Shown in pieces: positions 11,701 to 18,578 of a DNA stretch of 64,000 nt (position 1 is its first letter; every line of letters starts with the position of its first letter). The stretch lies in IMG/VR virus record IMGVR_UViG_3300036827_000193, positions 17,388-81,387 of that record; one strand, 5' to 3'. The translations under genes and the position numbers were made by a program. This stretch comes from a virus. Below the pieces are notes generated by a model. That model did not search any database. It had not been told where the DNA came from and worked only from the letters and a program-made list of their open reading frames with translations.

Positions 11701-13539
11701 CTGCGGCGCTTCGGCGCCGGCATGCACGCCGTTCTTCAACGCCTCATCGACCGCGTCGGCCTTCTCATCCGGCTTCATGCCGGCGACGTCGTCCTTGGAG
11801 TAGCCGTAGCGGCGCAGCACCTCGTCATCGTCGGCGCGCTGTGAGCCGTAGCCGAACTTGGTGTTGACGTAATCCTTGAGGTCGTCGTCGTTCCACGAGC
11901 GGATCGTGTCGCGATCGAATTCCTTGTAGTAGGCCGCGGCCTCCTCGAGCTTGAAGCGCGCGCGCGCGCCCATCTTGGTCTCGAACGGTTGCGGTTTTTC
12001 GCCCGGCTGCTGTTGCTGCGCGCCGGATCCCGGCGCTGATCCCGAACCGCCGCCGGTTTGCTGCTGTTGGTCACCGCCCGCCTGATGGTCCCACTCCCCA
12101 TTCATCGGGTTGTAGTACCAGCGCCCCCCGGCGGCATCGTCGCGATACCACGTGCCATTGAAGCCGCGGCCGCTGGTGCCCCATTGGTAATCGGGATCGT
12201 AGGGATCATCGCGGCGTGGCGACCCGGTCGGGCGCGCGCCCGCGCCGGCAGCACCGGCGCCGCCGGGCGATTCACCCGGGCGAGGACCGCCGCCCGAACC
12301 CGCTGCCGCGCCAGGCGCTTCGCTTCCCGGCAGTGCGCCCGACACCGCGGCTGCCGGCTGATCCGCTGTGGCGGCCGGCTCGGCGGCATTGCGATTGCCG
12401 AATGTCGAAAGCCCGTGCGTGCCGCCACCGACCGCGAGACCGGTGATGTAGCTCGCCAGCATGCGCTTGAAGTCGGGCGTGTAGGCCGCGTTCTTGTCGT
12501 AGTAGGCCGCGGCGATCTTCTGGTTGAGGTAGTCCTGCGCCTCGCCGATGCCGGTAAAGACGACACCGTCACGCAGCGCGTGTTCGAGGGTTGCCGCTGC
12601 CCAGCCGGCGAGGCCAGGTGCAACCTGCTTGACCGGCGCGAGCACGGAGCCGAGCGGGATCATGCCGAGGCCGCCGCCGACAAGCCCGGAGAGCCCGGCC
12701 GCCTTCGCGGCATCGTCGTCGCTCGCGCCCTTTTGCTTGGCGGCGTCGAAAGTTTCCCCCGCAGACGACAGCCCCATGCCGAGTCCGCCCATGGCGAGAC
12801 CGGTGAGCGGGCCGGCTGCGAGACCGCCAGCGACGTACGGCGCTATGCCGCCGATGCCACCCGCCACCTTGCTGGTGAGCGTTTCCTTCTCGGCTGGCGA
12901 CAGCGGCGCGGCTGCCTCGCCGAATTGCTTGACCGATCGTCCGGCCCGGTAGAGCGCGTTGTCCTCGATCGGCGTGGCGCCGACGGTTGCGGTGCCGGTG
13001 ATGTCGCCGCTGTTGGGGTCGACGGTGTCCTGAATATCGGACGGAGCGGTGTTGCCCGATGCTCCGGTGACGGCACGGCCAAGCCGGTCAAGGCCGACGG
13101 CTGCGCCCTGCATGATATCGCCGGTCTGCCCGGTGATGCCCTGCACCGCCGATTTTGCCGCGACGCCAGGCAACGACGACCACGGCACATCCTCGGGCTT
13201 TGCAGCTTTCGCCGACTGGCCGCCGACCGTCGCGGTGCCGGTGATCGGCGGCTCGTCGCTTGGTGCTTCGCCGTACTGCGAGAAGTCGATGGCCGGCGCC
13301 TTGTCGACTTCATCCTGCGTCTTGCCGAACGCGCCGAAATCGGGCTGCGCCTTCTGCGCATCCTGGTGCTGCTGCAGTTGCTGCTGCTGGCGCTTATCGA
13401 GTGTCTTGCGGATGAGGCGGTTGAGCACCGCCTGCGGGTCGACGGCATTGTTCTGGACAAGCTCGGGCGCGCGCTCGGTGATGAGATCGTTGACGATGCC
13501 TTGCGGGTCGACCGCCCCAAGCGCGTCGGCGAGGCTCAT
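2701..13539 (-). CDS. Giant polyvalent ejection/internal virion protein (3612 aa): inorganic-pyrophosphatase-like, LPD5-like, LPD1-like (HExxH) and JAB/MPN-like domains
   Basis: Motifs GLDITIE..PYGYVKGTEGADGMHVDVFMGP (~11200-11600), EDFGEKIGGARK (~9440-9480), FRGVQFGN..SLAHEWLHALD (~7950-8600), FIEEVQSDWHQ..VPDAPFK (~6750-7100), EHLVAVD..HHNHP..LSGPD (~5860-6040); last of three ejection genes. Confidence 0.9.
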   Translation of the reverse strand: MSLADALGAVDPQGIVNDLITERAPELVQNNAVDPQAVLNRLIRKTLDKRQQQQLQQHQDAQKAQPDFGAFGKTQDEVDKAPAIDFSQYGEAPSDEPPITGTATVGGQSAKAAKPEDVPWSSLPGVAAKSAVQGITGQTGDIMQGAAVGLDRLGRAVTGASGNTAPSDIQDTVDPNSGDITGTATVGATPIEDNALYRAGRSVKQFGEAAAPLSPAEKETLTSKVAGGIGGIAPYVAGGLAAGPLTGLAMGGLGMGLSSAGETFDAAKQKGASDDDAAKAAGLSGLVGGGLGMIPLGSVLAPVKQVAPGLAGWAAATLEHALRDGVVFTGIGEAQDYLNQKIAAAYYDKNAAYTPDFKRMLASYITGLAVGGGTHGLSTFGNRNAAEPAATADQPAAAVSGALPGSEAPGAAAGSGGGPRPGESPGGAGAAGAGARPTGSPRRDDPYDPDYQWGTSGRGFNGTWYRDDAAGGRWYYNPMNGEWDHQAGGDQQQQTGGGSGSAPGSGAQQQQPGEKPQPFETKMGARARFKLEEAAAYYKEFDRDTIRSWNDDDLKDYVNTKFGYGSQRADDDEVLRRYGYSKDDVAGMKPDEKADAVDEALKNGVHAGAEAPQEGTREAPVEVKTADDVARAASVADQDHSPEQGEANNVQRGHMRWNGLDITIEAPAGGVRRGTNPETGEAWQTTHSVPYGYVKGTEGADGMHVDVFMGPNPQRPTVYVLDEKDEATGAFRQHKAMIGFDGPSEAIQAYLGTSSKKPQHIGGMRAMPVGEFKDWLKTGNTKAAASEAMAAENPPETPPETAPAMQAAGTEAGTAHGSPTNNVRAEPEPTAKTTPISGERAGAAPEAGPEHHQAIEDTLRAAGVDPDTVRPADIVRAAEIHANEGAPPDDAFTTAVVRSLVEDGHMSRDEIAKDIGDEATTELLEARDGSERGLGAAASGATTDRATAAGAQAVDQGGVEAARPEEPARPQEPARGEGTGREPQAAATGHPATGAGAGGDTAGGERTAEADDGRTGGGAEAAVEHKPARAAKDAVSGGKPFGGMIANQEAYRARAQRMRDEGRGSPWPTYKTTEEKLRAQGTSVRQDNARRKQEIETQRPIFDAALKEQKIPLDSVPEALRFDAMERMLDRGEDPLDALESVIMQYARDEDMIADELHRDKVEGILAGEEVFNALDERHPPRHGEKPAPERTEPAVEEAAQRAQAGGVASGAGASAGPGRGEVRAQGGKRSGERTQPVTERTAAGQQHVLPGAEQISDAERAQRAADRSLKPKAVQKPADEGLFGDESKQTDLVDLARKPAKALPPVLTSQPPEPADKPADTEAAQARAAGPSDSAPGAKSETRTSAPEKVAKVEDFGEKIGGARKETFAGFRDSLREKFDVAAVPLSKSFPQPDYEKLAAAGVDARVLSHIAIMRDMIPNRPRVAGKAKRWAEQVETLRTFARQLLDGEIDVAKLEQAARGNYALQTLPLTAKAIEDIAPADLPRAARYRVNSGHYSILNGQRYSPSKSFWFLESPDRRSARDPFSNDPANPYTYRDNPEDAVALAKKIIAHDLAEKPTEGAGERSKYTDVGIYRDRETKGAFLGFKVRSTVIRLKAGFETPQAAREYLQENRDDLQAAIDALRKGPNMRGTENRPRSGEALREGDVTPEMFSGAFGFRGVQFGNYVEGQRRQADLNRAFDALMDLADVVGVPPQALSLNGELGLAFGARGHGGRDAASAHYEPGQVVINLTKGGGPGSLAHEWLHALDNYFARQDQASGYISERRRDGGPVRHEVYQAWKNVEASLQKGGFADRAAKFDKVRAKPYWNTTIEKAARSFERYIVDRLADKGAANDYLANIDTAGGAYPTADEMRDQGIRAAYDHLFETIEARPAGHGFALAESEDAFGHAPAFYSAVERAVAAVKQDKAAPNHWLGTIRNAPGVKPEEIEWLGLEHWLREHKGAVTKAEVHDYVRAHQVEVREVEKSDAQPPSDIEDWTQGEPVENDEGGTTTQLTLPGRSTGTGIDVYHDKNGELTGYAAFVRGTMLGDHESFEGAVADLAREIGGDIGGTQYRQYTLPGGENYRELLLTLPEKLPGEEASRNAQVDAWHDFEMEMRRKYGTTGTDDTLAAMSPAERERYAQFDREYRPPSANQDFRSPHFDEPNVLAHIRFNDRTIDGKKTLFIEEVQSDWHQAGKKKGYKQPPQKLFTDSDFKFVRTDGDHGKHWFALPDGSERPGWGDTVDVARAEAVDNYQRSAKIHGDYEQGTRVPDAPFKTTWPELSLKRIIRYAAEHGYDKIAWTPGDVQADRYDLSKQIDDLHYIKGADGHYTIDARLKGRSDNTRIAEGVPEKDLPDHVGKDVAARIAAGEGKPSGFYGTDKGRRTLSGLDLKVGGEGMRGFYDDILPKTANKLVKKYGGKVGQGKLPTVPADFQNDLSRGLVLEQDKSKYPGHTVHTLDIAPALRQAATGQGFALFQPGETKPAKVTAHDLGPIAIPQHMLAGDWAQRHVLRQGIATGLEHLVAVDQNGKVVAHTRGGPGNTGQDLKLFAIASDPRNAIVIHHNHPRDGTLSGPDIGFLGLPGLHAVWAHGHGGHVARAELTPSARAALRRFDPVTAAKYLYAAHEAVQNKLYDIINTALLSGRIDRDTANALLPHAVAVALHRAGIIDYRSNSTFGDDIEKLGLGAYIELAAHAARGTVHGPDELPDDRSAGSLRHAGDLGASFARTAEVAAGHVAAPGHDRVGGADDRAQAARAAHGVGLGDAELAGTELAGTGLAEEGRHYTLGAMGDPIRTIKVFKDFWTSAFQPELVSDRALEADPLFARYKARQAQEKDAVVRQSESQWNYWNKRGDAERIRFLDDVESNNTPADATQADMARRYRRILDANWAEEQRYGSRAAFVDDYFPHIWEQPDEWRAFSETRSAQVGPTWFQKKRTYDYISEGLAAGLKLRFTNPVDIVVHRLLSGVDMRQRMELLYQLKDMGLAWEGKQGGEQLVRRGWRAINAPDRQQWVIVPDVQKLWQNGVEAKGLWQAEHVGGSMFRGWMALKNAWVPIKLALSAFHPLHVLHIDQANSLARAWDDLAKGHDLPAALKAAAEGVGTIPTLGMIHYRKGAKARAAWAKRPSQQTPQDKAVVALMTDGGFVPQLSEQLKIAARRQLAVAWRKVLRGEAGASDWRKAVSAAMRRPIEVLQAPLFEKWIPALKAAAYLDQAASLLKRRPGLLADDTNRRIALRAIAKSIDNRYGEMSYGTLFWNRTTKDAAIGSFLSLGWNLGFVREFGGATLEAGTRTAGLLPPFKPSAGRAVTRDATNKIPFVLAYVGTAALIAGIMTNLFTGKQPEGIDYVFPRAGGENPDGSPRRYTTMFYLREVPMLLKHVQERGGNWLSGAGEMLWNKLMFEPFHELLTNRDYYGYNIWDENAPIYQQVWQGVKHFFGDQTNPMSVSGAKHAAELSGKPFPSAAEAIRHPEQYLDALKAKGVGMSVLGFGPAPAYVEKSPIQNRISYLYREHVAPTSRPEEQAQGTEEKMAVRSAILIAKRDHDSKALQDAYQRGKALGLKPGYMQNVGVVPTDIYLFSRLPNEDQKAILLQASKDERNRYWPKAHQTVKNEVNRQVHLPAIPAGALPAGAM
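5313..5492 (-). CDS. Nested 59-aa ORF overprinted on the giant gene (alternate frame)
   Basis: GAGAGGGA SD 6 nt before ATG; protein-like helical sequence MAQTNFQMIDPPGAFDTLATWEHHLHELRKLP..; the host frame is a low-complexity linker here. Confidence 0.65.
   Translation of the reverse strand: MAQTNFQMIDPPGAFDTLATWEHHLHELRKLPQDTLLRQDMIASAEQMIERKRREPRTA
9729..10022 (-). CDS. Nested 97-aa ORF overprinted on the giant gene (alternate frame)
   Basis: GGAGAGG SD 9 nt before ATG; MRLTSDTHRGMAKSLRQSAPNLPLKKRHSAHKLAGLHLALARAQ.. Confidence 0.5.
   Translation of the reverse strand: MRLTSDTHRGMAKSLRQSAPNLPLKKRHSAHKLAGLHLALARAQDRDAEKYAPKAESDQVNELNLSQSEQPQDSSTSSLVPSKSQTPSAPSEPPTEA
10434..10790 (-). CDS. 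Nested 118-aa basic Pro/Leu/Lys-rich ORF overprinted on the giant gene
   Basis: AAGGA SD 8 nt before ATG; the host frame is an Ala/Gly/Arg linker with many A/T third positions. Confidence 0.4.
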   Translation of the reverse strand: MKQQPSYWKPATGLNAGWALRHQAPQLIGRLPRARKLSIKAALKLHGLKNLLGPKSPLAVKAPGASLKPPQPVIPRQGPALGVTPPAGNALPKPMTGGLAAAPKPLLNTSLPGLPKMP

Positions 13540-14801
13540 TAGGTTCCGGTCATCGCGAGATAGTCGTCATTGTTGGATGCGGTCGGCGCCGTCGTGGTGG
13601 CCGGCGCCGCACTCTGGCCGCCCGGTGGTTTGGTGCGCTGGCGCGCCACGCCATTCTGGTCCTTGAACCACGCGCCCATCGGCACCTGCGTATTGAAGTC
13701 GTCGAGCGTCATGCCCTTCGTTTCGAAGGGATTGTCGGCCGCGGTGCCCATGTCCTTGATCTTGTCGGCCTGCTTGGGATCAACGCCGGCGGATTTGTAG
13801 AGCCGGCCGCGGTAGGCCTCGACGTTCTTCGACAGCCGGTCGAGATCCTGCTGCTGCTGCTCGGGCGTCGCGCCATTGAGCGCCCAGCGCTTCTGCAGCA
13901 CGATCTGCTGGCCCTTCTCATATTTCTGGGCTTCGTTCTCGACCGAGATCACCTTGCCGTAGGGTGTGTTCTGCCAGGCGCCCGAGCCGCCCTTGCCGGT
14001 CTGGCCAAGCTCCAGGCTTTTTGCGCGTGCTGCGAGATAGTTGCCTTGCGCGGCGCGGTAGGCCGACTTGTCGTCGGCGTCCTGCGCCGACAGCATGTCC
14101 TTGAATGCGCCCGACGACTGCGTGAACAGGTCGTTCTTGGCCTGGCGCAACTGCGCCTGCTGCTTGCCCTCCTGATCGAGACCGCCTTCGAGGCCGCCGC
14201 CAAAGCCAGCGGCGAATGCCGTGCCGGCCGAGGCGCCCGGCGCCGTCTTGCCGACCGCGCTCATGCCCTTGCCGAGCGCGGCGAGCGAGTTCTGCCATGG
14301 ATTGGTGTTGGTGAGCCCGAGTGCGCCGGCGAGGTTTCCGGTCGAGGTCGGCGGCGGCGCGCCCATCGCGGATGACGGCGGCGGCGCAACCGGCATCGTG
14401 TTCACGCCAAGCGTCGGCCTGGCGTTGGGGGGCAGCGCTGCACCACCGGACGTGATGGCGCCTGCTGGCGTCGGGCCTGACGCAAGGTCTGGCCGCGTTA
14501 TGGCGCTGTCGGGAGTGGGGCCGGAGGCGAGGTCGGGCGTTGCCGACAATGGCCGCGGCTGTGGCAGGGGAATGTCAGGCAGCGCATTCGGCGGTGCCGG
14601 TGGCGGCCCAGGTGGCGGCCCAGATGGCGCCCCAGGCGGCGGCCCAGGTGGCGGAGCTGCTGCCGCGCCCGGCGCCGGCGCAACTGGCGGCGACATCGAC
14701 GGTGGCGTCAGCGGTGTCGACGACAGCGCGCCGCTTGCACCGGGAATACCGAGCAGCGCGCGCATCGCGTCTGCATCGTCAAAAAGGTCTAAAAACCCCA
14801 A
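13539..14801 (-). CDS. Putative ejection (DNA transfer) protein with Pro-rich N-terminus
   Basis: Position between two other ejection genes; GGAGG SD; Gly/Ala/Gln-rich helical core. Confidence 0.75.
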   Translation of the reverse strand: MGFLDLFDDADAMRALLGIPGASGALSSTPLTPPSMSPPVAPAPGAAAAPPPGPPPGAPSGPPPGPPPAPPNALPDIPLPQPRPLSATPDLASGPTPDSAITRPDLASGPTPAGAITSGGAALPPNARPTLGVNTMPVAPPPSSAMGAPPPTSTGNLAGALGLTNTNPWQNSLAALGKGMSAVGKTAPGASAGTAFAAGFGGGLEGGLDQEGKQQAQLRQAKNDLFTQSSGAFKDMLSAQDADDKSAYRAAQGNYLAARAKSLELGQTGKGGSGAWQNTPYGKVISVENEAQKYEKGQQIVLQKRWALNGATPEQQQQDLDRLSKNVEAYRGRLYKSAGVDPKQADKIKDMGTAADNPFETKGMTLDDFNTQVPMGAWFKDQNGVARQRTKPPGGQSAAPATTTAPTASNNDDYLAMTGT

Positions 14802-14816
14802 GGCCGCCTCCTGTTG

Positions 14817-16082
14817 TTAAGCGGCGATGCCGAGCTGGCGCGCGAGGCCGGATGTCTCGGGCTTGATCGCGGCGCGCTTGGCGAGCGCCGCGCGCAGCAC
14901 TTCGTACGGCACGACGGTGCCGGCCTCGTGCGGCACGAACAATTCCGGACCGCGCTCGCCGACGATGGCGGGCTTACCCGGCTCCGGCGTGCCGCCATCG
15001 GCGTACATCGGATAGGAGTAACCATTGCCGTACGAACCTGCCCCGGTCGCCGGGCTCATCGTCAGCGGCGCGCCGGAGCCGGTCTGCTGCGACGAACTCA
15101 GCATGCCCGGGATCGCCATCAGCGAAGTGCCGCCGGTCATCGGCGCGAGCGCTGCGGCACCGAGCGAGCCGACAATGCCCCAGCCGGAATTGTCGGGCGC
15201 AGAGGCGACCTGCGTGCCGTTGGTGGTGCCGTTGGTCGACGTCGTGGTCGGCGCCGCACCCTTGGCGGCGGTGAGATCGGCATTGACGAGCTGCGAGGTC
15301 TGGAACGGATACTGCTGCGCCAGCAGCCATTGATTGTAGGCCGCATTCAAGCCGGCCTGGCTCTGCGCAGTCTGCTGGCCGCCGAACGTATTGTTCAAGG
15401 TCGCGGCGCCGGTATTGGCGGCAAGAATGGCGTTGGCGCCGGTGAGATTGCGATTGAGCGCGGTCTCGTTGAGGTTGGCGTTGGTGGTCGAGGCATTGAG
15501 GCTGTTTGCCACGTCCTGCGCACCAGCGCCGATTGCCGTGTTGAAGGCGGCGTTGTAGGCGTTGCCGACAAGACCCTGCCGCGCGATGTCCTGCTGGTTG
15601 GTCAAGTTACCCTTGCCGAGCGCCCAGCTTGTGTCGCCGAACGCACCGGCGCCGGTCGCGCCGGCATCGAAGCCCTTGTTCTGCGTCGCGAACTGCTGGT
15701 TCTGCGCCTCGAGCTGCGGCTGCAAGGCCTGCGAGACGTACTGGTTCATGTACGGCGACATCGCCGAGTAGATTGGATTTGCCGACACCGAGGAGGCCGG
15801 CGCCGTGGTGTAGTTGAGAAGCGCGCTCGGCACCGCGGAGAGCGCCGGCGAGGTGGCGCCGGCGACGTCGGTGGCAAGGCCAAACGAGGAATTCTGCTGC
15901 GGGCTGAAGCTTGCGACCTGCGGGCCGGAGTATGGCGTGAAGCCGTTCGCCTGCAGGCCAGAGGCGAAATTGACGTTGTTTTGCGCCGCCGTCGTCAGCC
16001 ACGGCGCCGGCGTCGCGGTCGAGGTCGAGGCCGTGCTCGAATTGCTGTTGGTTGTCTTCTGGGTCTCGTTACCGAAGCACAT
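14817..16082 (-). CDS. Putative ejection/pilot (DNA transfer) protein
   Basis: MCFG start after the GNAT gene, NPY-like MSPYMNQYV, GAFG and QQYP motifs; C-terminal ADGG..IVGERGPELFVP module. Confidence 0.8.
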   Translation of the reverse strand: MCFGNETQKTTNSNSSTASTSTATPAPWLTTAAQNNVNFASGLQANGFTPYSGPQVASFSPQQNSSFGLATDVAGATSPALSAVPSALLNYTTAPASSVSANPIYSAMSPYMNQYVSQALQPQLEAQNQQFATQNKGFDAGATGAGAFGDTSWALGKGNLTNQQDIARQGLVGNAYNAAFNTAIGAGAQDVANSLNASTTNANLNETALNRNLTGANAILAANTGAATLNNTFGGQQTAQSQAGLNAAYNQWLLAQQYPFQTSQLVNADLTAAKGAAPTTTSTNGTTNGTQVASAPDNSGWGIVGSLGAAALAPMTGGTSLMAIPGMLSSSQQTGSGAPLTMSPATGAGSYGNGYSYPMYADGGTPEPGKPAIVGERGPELFVPHEAGTVVPYEVLRAALAKRAAIKPETSGLARQLGIAA

Positions 16083-16506
16083 GGGGCGCCTCCTCGCGCG
16101 GTTGCGCGCGAACCTGTCGGTTGTTGCTCTTGTTGAAGATCGTCACCGAGCCGCGGGCCTCTGAAATGACGTGCAGCTCGAGGCCGGAGGCAACCGCGAT
16201 TGCGGTCGCCTCGCGCAGCATCGGCTTCCAGGCCCGCGAGCCCGGCAGCGCGAACGCCCAGCGGTTGGCGAGAAAGGGAAGCTTCGCGTTCCACCAGAAC
16301 GTCGGCCGGATCAGGCCGATGGTGCCGACGAGGCGCTCCTCGGAAATCGCCATGATCGCCACGCTCTCGCGCGCGACGCGCCAGATTTCCGTGGCGCTGT
16401 CCTTGTGGTCGATCGGACCGGGCAATGTCGGCCCGGCGACGACACAGAGGAATTCGTGGATGGCAATGACGTCGGCGTCGGTTTCGGCGTAACGGATACT
16501 GATCAC
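16069..16506 (-). CDS. GNAT-like tail/ejection assembly protein
   Basis: IRYAETDAD start, LVGTIGL strand; canonical position just before the ejection genes. Confidence 0.65.
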   Translation of the reverse strand: MISIRYAETDADVIAIHEFLCVVAGPTLPGPIDHKDSATEIWRVARESVAIMAISEERLVGTIGLIRPTFWWNAKLPFLANRWAFALPGSRAWKPMLREATAIAVASGLELHVISEARGSVTIFNKSNNRQVRAQPREEAPHVLR

Positions 16507-16733
16507 GTGGTGCGATTGAGCCCGCCGCGTTGCAGGATCTGCAACAGCGTCGCGAGCACCGCGTTGGTGTTGGCAAGCGTCGGGGAGGCGACCAGGAGCT
16601 CAAGCGTCTGCGTCACCGCGGCATCGAACATGATGTTCTGCGCCATCTCGACGATGTCTGCCTCGTGGCTGGCGCGTTCGACTTCGCGCAGCGACGACAC
16701 CGGGTCGTGCGGATTGAGGGTGACAGGACGCAT
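16503..16733 (-). CDS. Small tail-associated protein
   Basis: Start MRPVTLNPHD immediately after the tail hub stop; coupled to the next gene. Confidence 0.6.
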   Translation of the reverse strand: MRPVTLNPHDPVSSLREVERASHEADIVEMAQNIMFDAAVTQTLELLVASPTLANTNAVLATLLQILQRGGLNRTT

Positions 16734-16734
16734 G

Positions 16735-18576
16735 CTACCGCCGTGTTGCCGAGGCGCGCGCGAACGCCGCCGGTTTGCCAAGCCGCATGTAGTTGCCGAG
16801 GTCGGAACAGGTCAGCGACAGCGAGATGTAGCGGCCGGACACGCGATAATCGGTAATGCCGGCAGCGACGTCCGGGACGTCCTCGGTTTCCGTATCCATC
16901 GGCACCGTGTCGGTCAGGCGGTCATACGTCGTGACCGTCATCGCGATGGTGCCGCTCTGCTGGAAGAAGTCGGGGACGATGCCCTCGATGTCGAGGTTCT
17001 GCTGCCCTTCCTTGAGGGCGTACGGCGACAGCGACAACGTCCAGGTCAGCGGATTGCCGTTGTCGTCGAAAGTGTCGCCGATCGGGTCGTGGTTATAAAG
17101 GAAGCCATCATTGCCCGCCATGATCGGCGAAGTGTCGCCCTGCGTGAAGTGGCCGCCGCTCGCGCGCCCGGCGGTGACGCCGACGCTGGAATAGAAATTG
17201 GCAAGCCCGACCGACCAGACCTGGTCGTTGATGTGGAAGATGACGTAATTGGTCGGGTTGACGCTGCCGGTGGTCGGGTAGAAGAACCAGATTTCGTGGT
17301 ACTTCGGCACATAGATGGCCGAACACTGGAACGCCAGCGTATCGGGCAGCGCGTCGAACACGTATTTGCGGATGTCCTCGACGTTGGGCATCGGCGACAC
17401 AGCGCCGTTGTAGACATAGAAATTATCCGGCCCCTGCCAGTAGGCGAGGCCGTCGACCGTCACCGCGGCATTGGGCGAGATCAGGCCGCAGTCGCGGCCG
17501 GCAAGGCTCGAATTGTAGACGAATTGCGAGCCGGTATATTGGAACAGGTAGGCCGCGCTGTCGCTCCACACCATGGAGATGAAGGGCGCGAGCGCGCGCC
17601 CGCCGACAAGCTTCGAGCCTTCCTGCAAGGTTCGCGAAAACGCGGTGTTGGCGGTTGCCGGCGTCCAGGTCGTGGGATCGTTCTGGCTGCAGACATTGAC
17701 CACCATGGAATCGCACAGGCCGAAGATGAAGCGCTCCGGCGTGACGAACATGGCGCGGAAGTTGGTCGGCGCACCGTCGACCGGATTGCCGCCGAAGGTC
17801 GCGACCGCGCGCGGCCATGGCTCGGCCTGGGTCGGATCGAAGAACCACAGCGAGCCGCCGTTGTAGGTCGCAATCGCGACCTGCCCGAAGCGATCGAGCG
17901 ACCACACGCGCGGTTCATAGAAGATGGTGGACGAGCCGCGTGCCGTGCCCCAGGTCCCGAGCCCCCACGGCCCCGAGCCCCAGCCCTGGCCGAACGAGCC
18001 GAGCTCGGTGCCGACCGGGATCTCGTATTCGTAGGCGACCGCGGCACCGCCGCCGGCGCCGCTGCCGCTCGCCGTCGTCGTCGCGGTGACGGTGTAATTG
18101 TTGAGGTCGATCACGGTCGCGACGATGAAGGTGCCGTTCATCGTCACGTTGTTGAACGTGGTCGCGCCCGAATAGATCGCGGTGTCGCCGACGTTGAGGC
18201 CGTGGGAGACGTGATGCACCTCGACAGAAGCCGAGCCCGACGCGGTGGTGAACGGATTGGTGCCGAGCGTCCCGGTGGCCCGGAACGGCGTGATGTCGGT
18301 CAATGTGAAGCTTGAGTCGAAGGCATAGAGCTTGCGATAGGTGCCGCAGGCGACGTAGCCGTTCTGCAGGAAGTCCTGCCAGCACATGGTCGCGCGCGGC
18401 GTGCCAGACATCGCGCTCGAGCTGATGCGGATATTGCCGCCGATCTTCTGCGGCCGGCCGTGCACGAAGCGGATCTTGTCGAACGGCAGGATCCAGCGGC
18501 CCTCGGCGACGCGGTCGGATTCCGTGACCACGACACCCGGCGGCGGGTTGATCGGGATCGGCACCAGCGCAGACAT
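16735..18576 (-). CDS. Tail hub/DNA stabilisation protein (P22 gp10/T7 gp12-like)
   Basis: IRFVHGRPQKIGG, WSLDRFG, CGLISPNA, FYVYNGAV, EIWFFYP motifs; size and position. Confidence 0.85.
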   Translation of the reverse strand: MSALVPIPINPPPGVVVTESDRVAEGRWILPFDKIRFVHGRPQKIGGNIRISSSAMSGTPRATMCWQDFLQNGYVACGTYRKLYAFDSSFTLTDITPFRATGTLGTNPFTTASGSASVEVHHVSHGLNVGDTAIYSGATTFNNVTMNGTFIVATVIDLNNYTVTATTTASGSGAGGGAAVAYEYEIPVGTELGSFGQGWGSGPWGLGTWGTARGSSTIFYEPRVWSLDRFGQVAIATYNGGSLWFFDPTQAEPWPRAVATFGGNPVDGAPTNFRAMFVTPERFIFGLCDSMVVNVCSQNDPTTWTPATANTAFSRTLQEGSKLVGGRALAPFISMVWSDSAAYLFQYTGSQFVYNSSLAGRDCGLISPNAAVTVDGLAYWQGPDNFYVYNGAVSPMPNVEDIRKYVFDALPDTLAFQCSAIYVPKYHEIWFFYPTTGSVNPTNYVIFHINDQVWSVGLANFYSSVGVTAGRASGGHFTQGDTSPIMAGNDGFLYNHDPIGDTFDDNGNPLTWTLSLSPYALKEGQQNLDIEGIVPDFFQQSGTIAMTVTTYDRLTDTVPMDTETEDVPDVAAGITDYRVSGRYISLSLTCSDLGNYMRLGKPAAFARASATRR

Positions 18577-18578
18577 CG

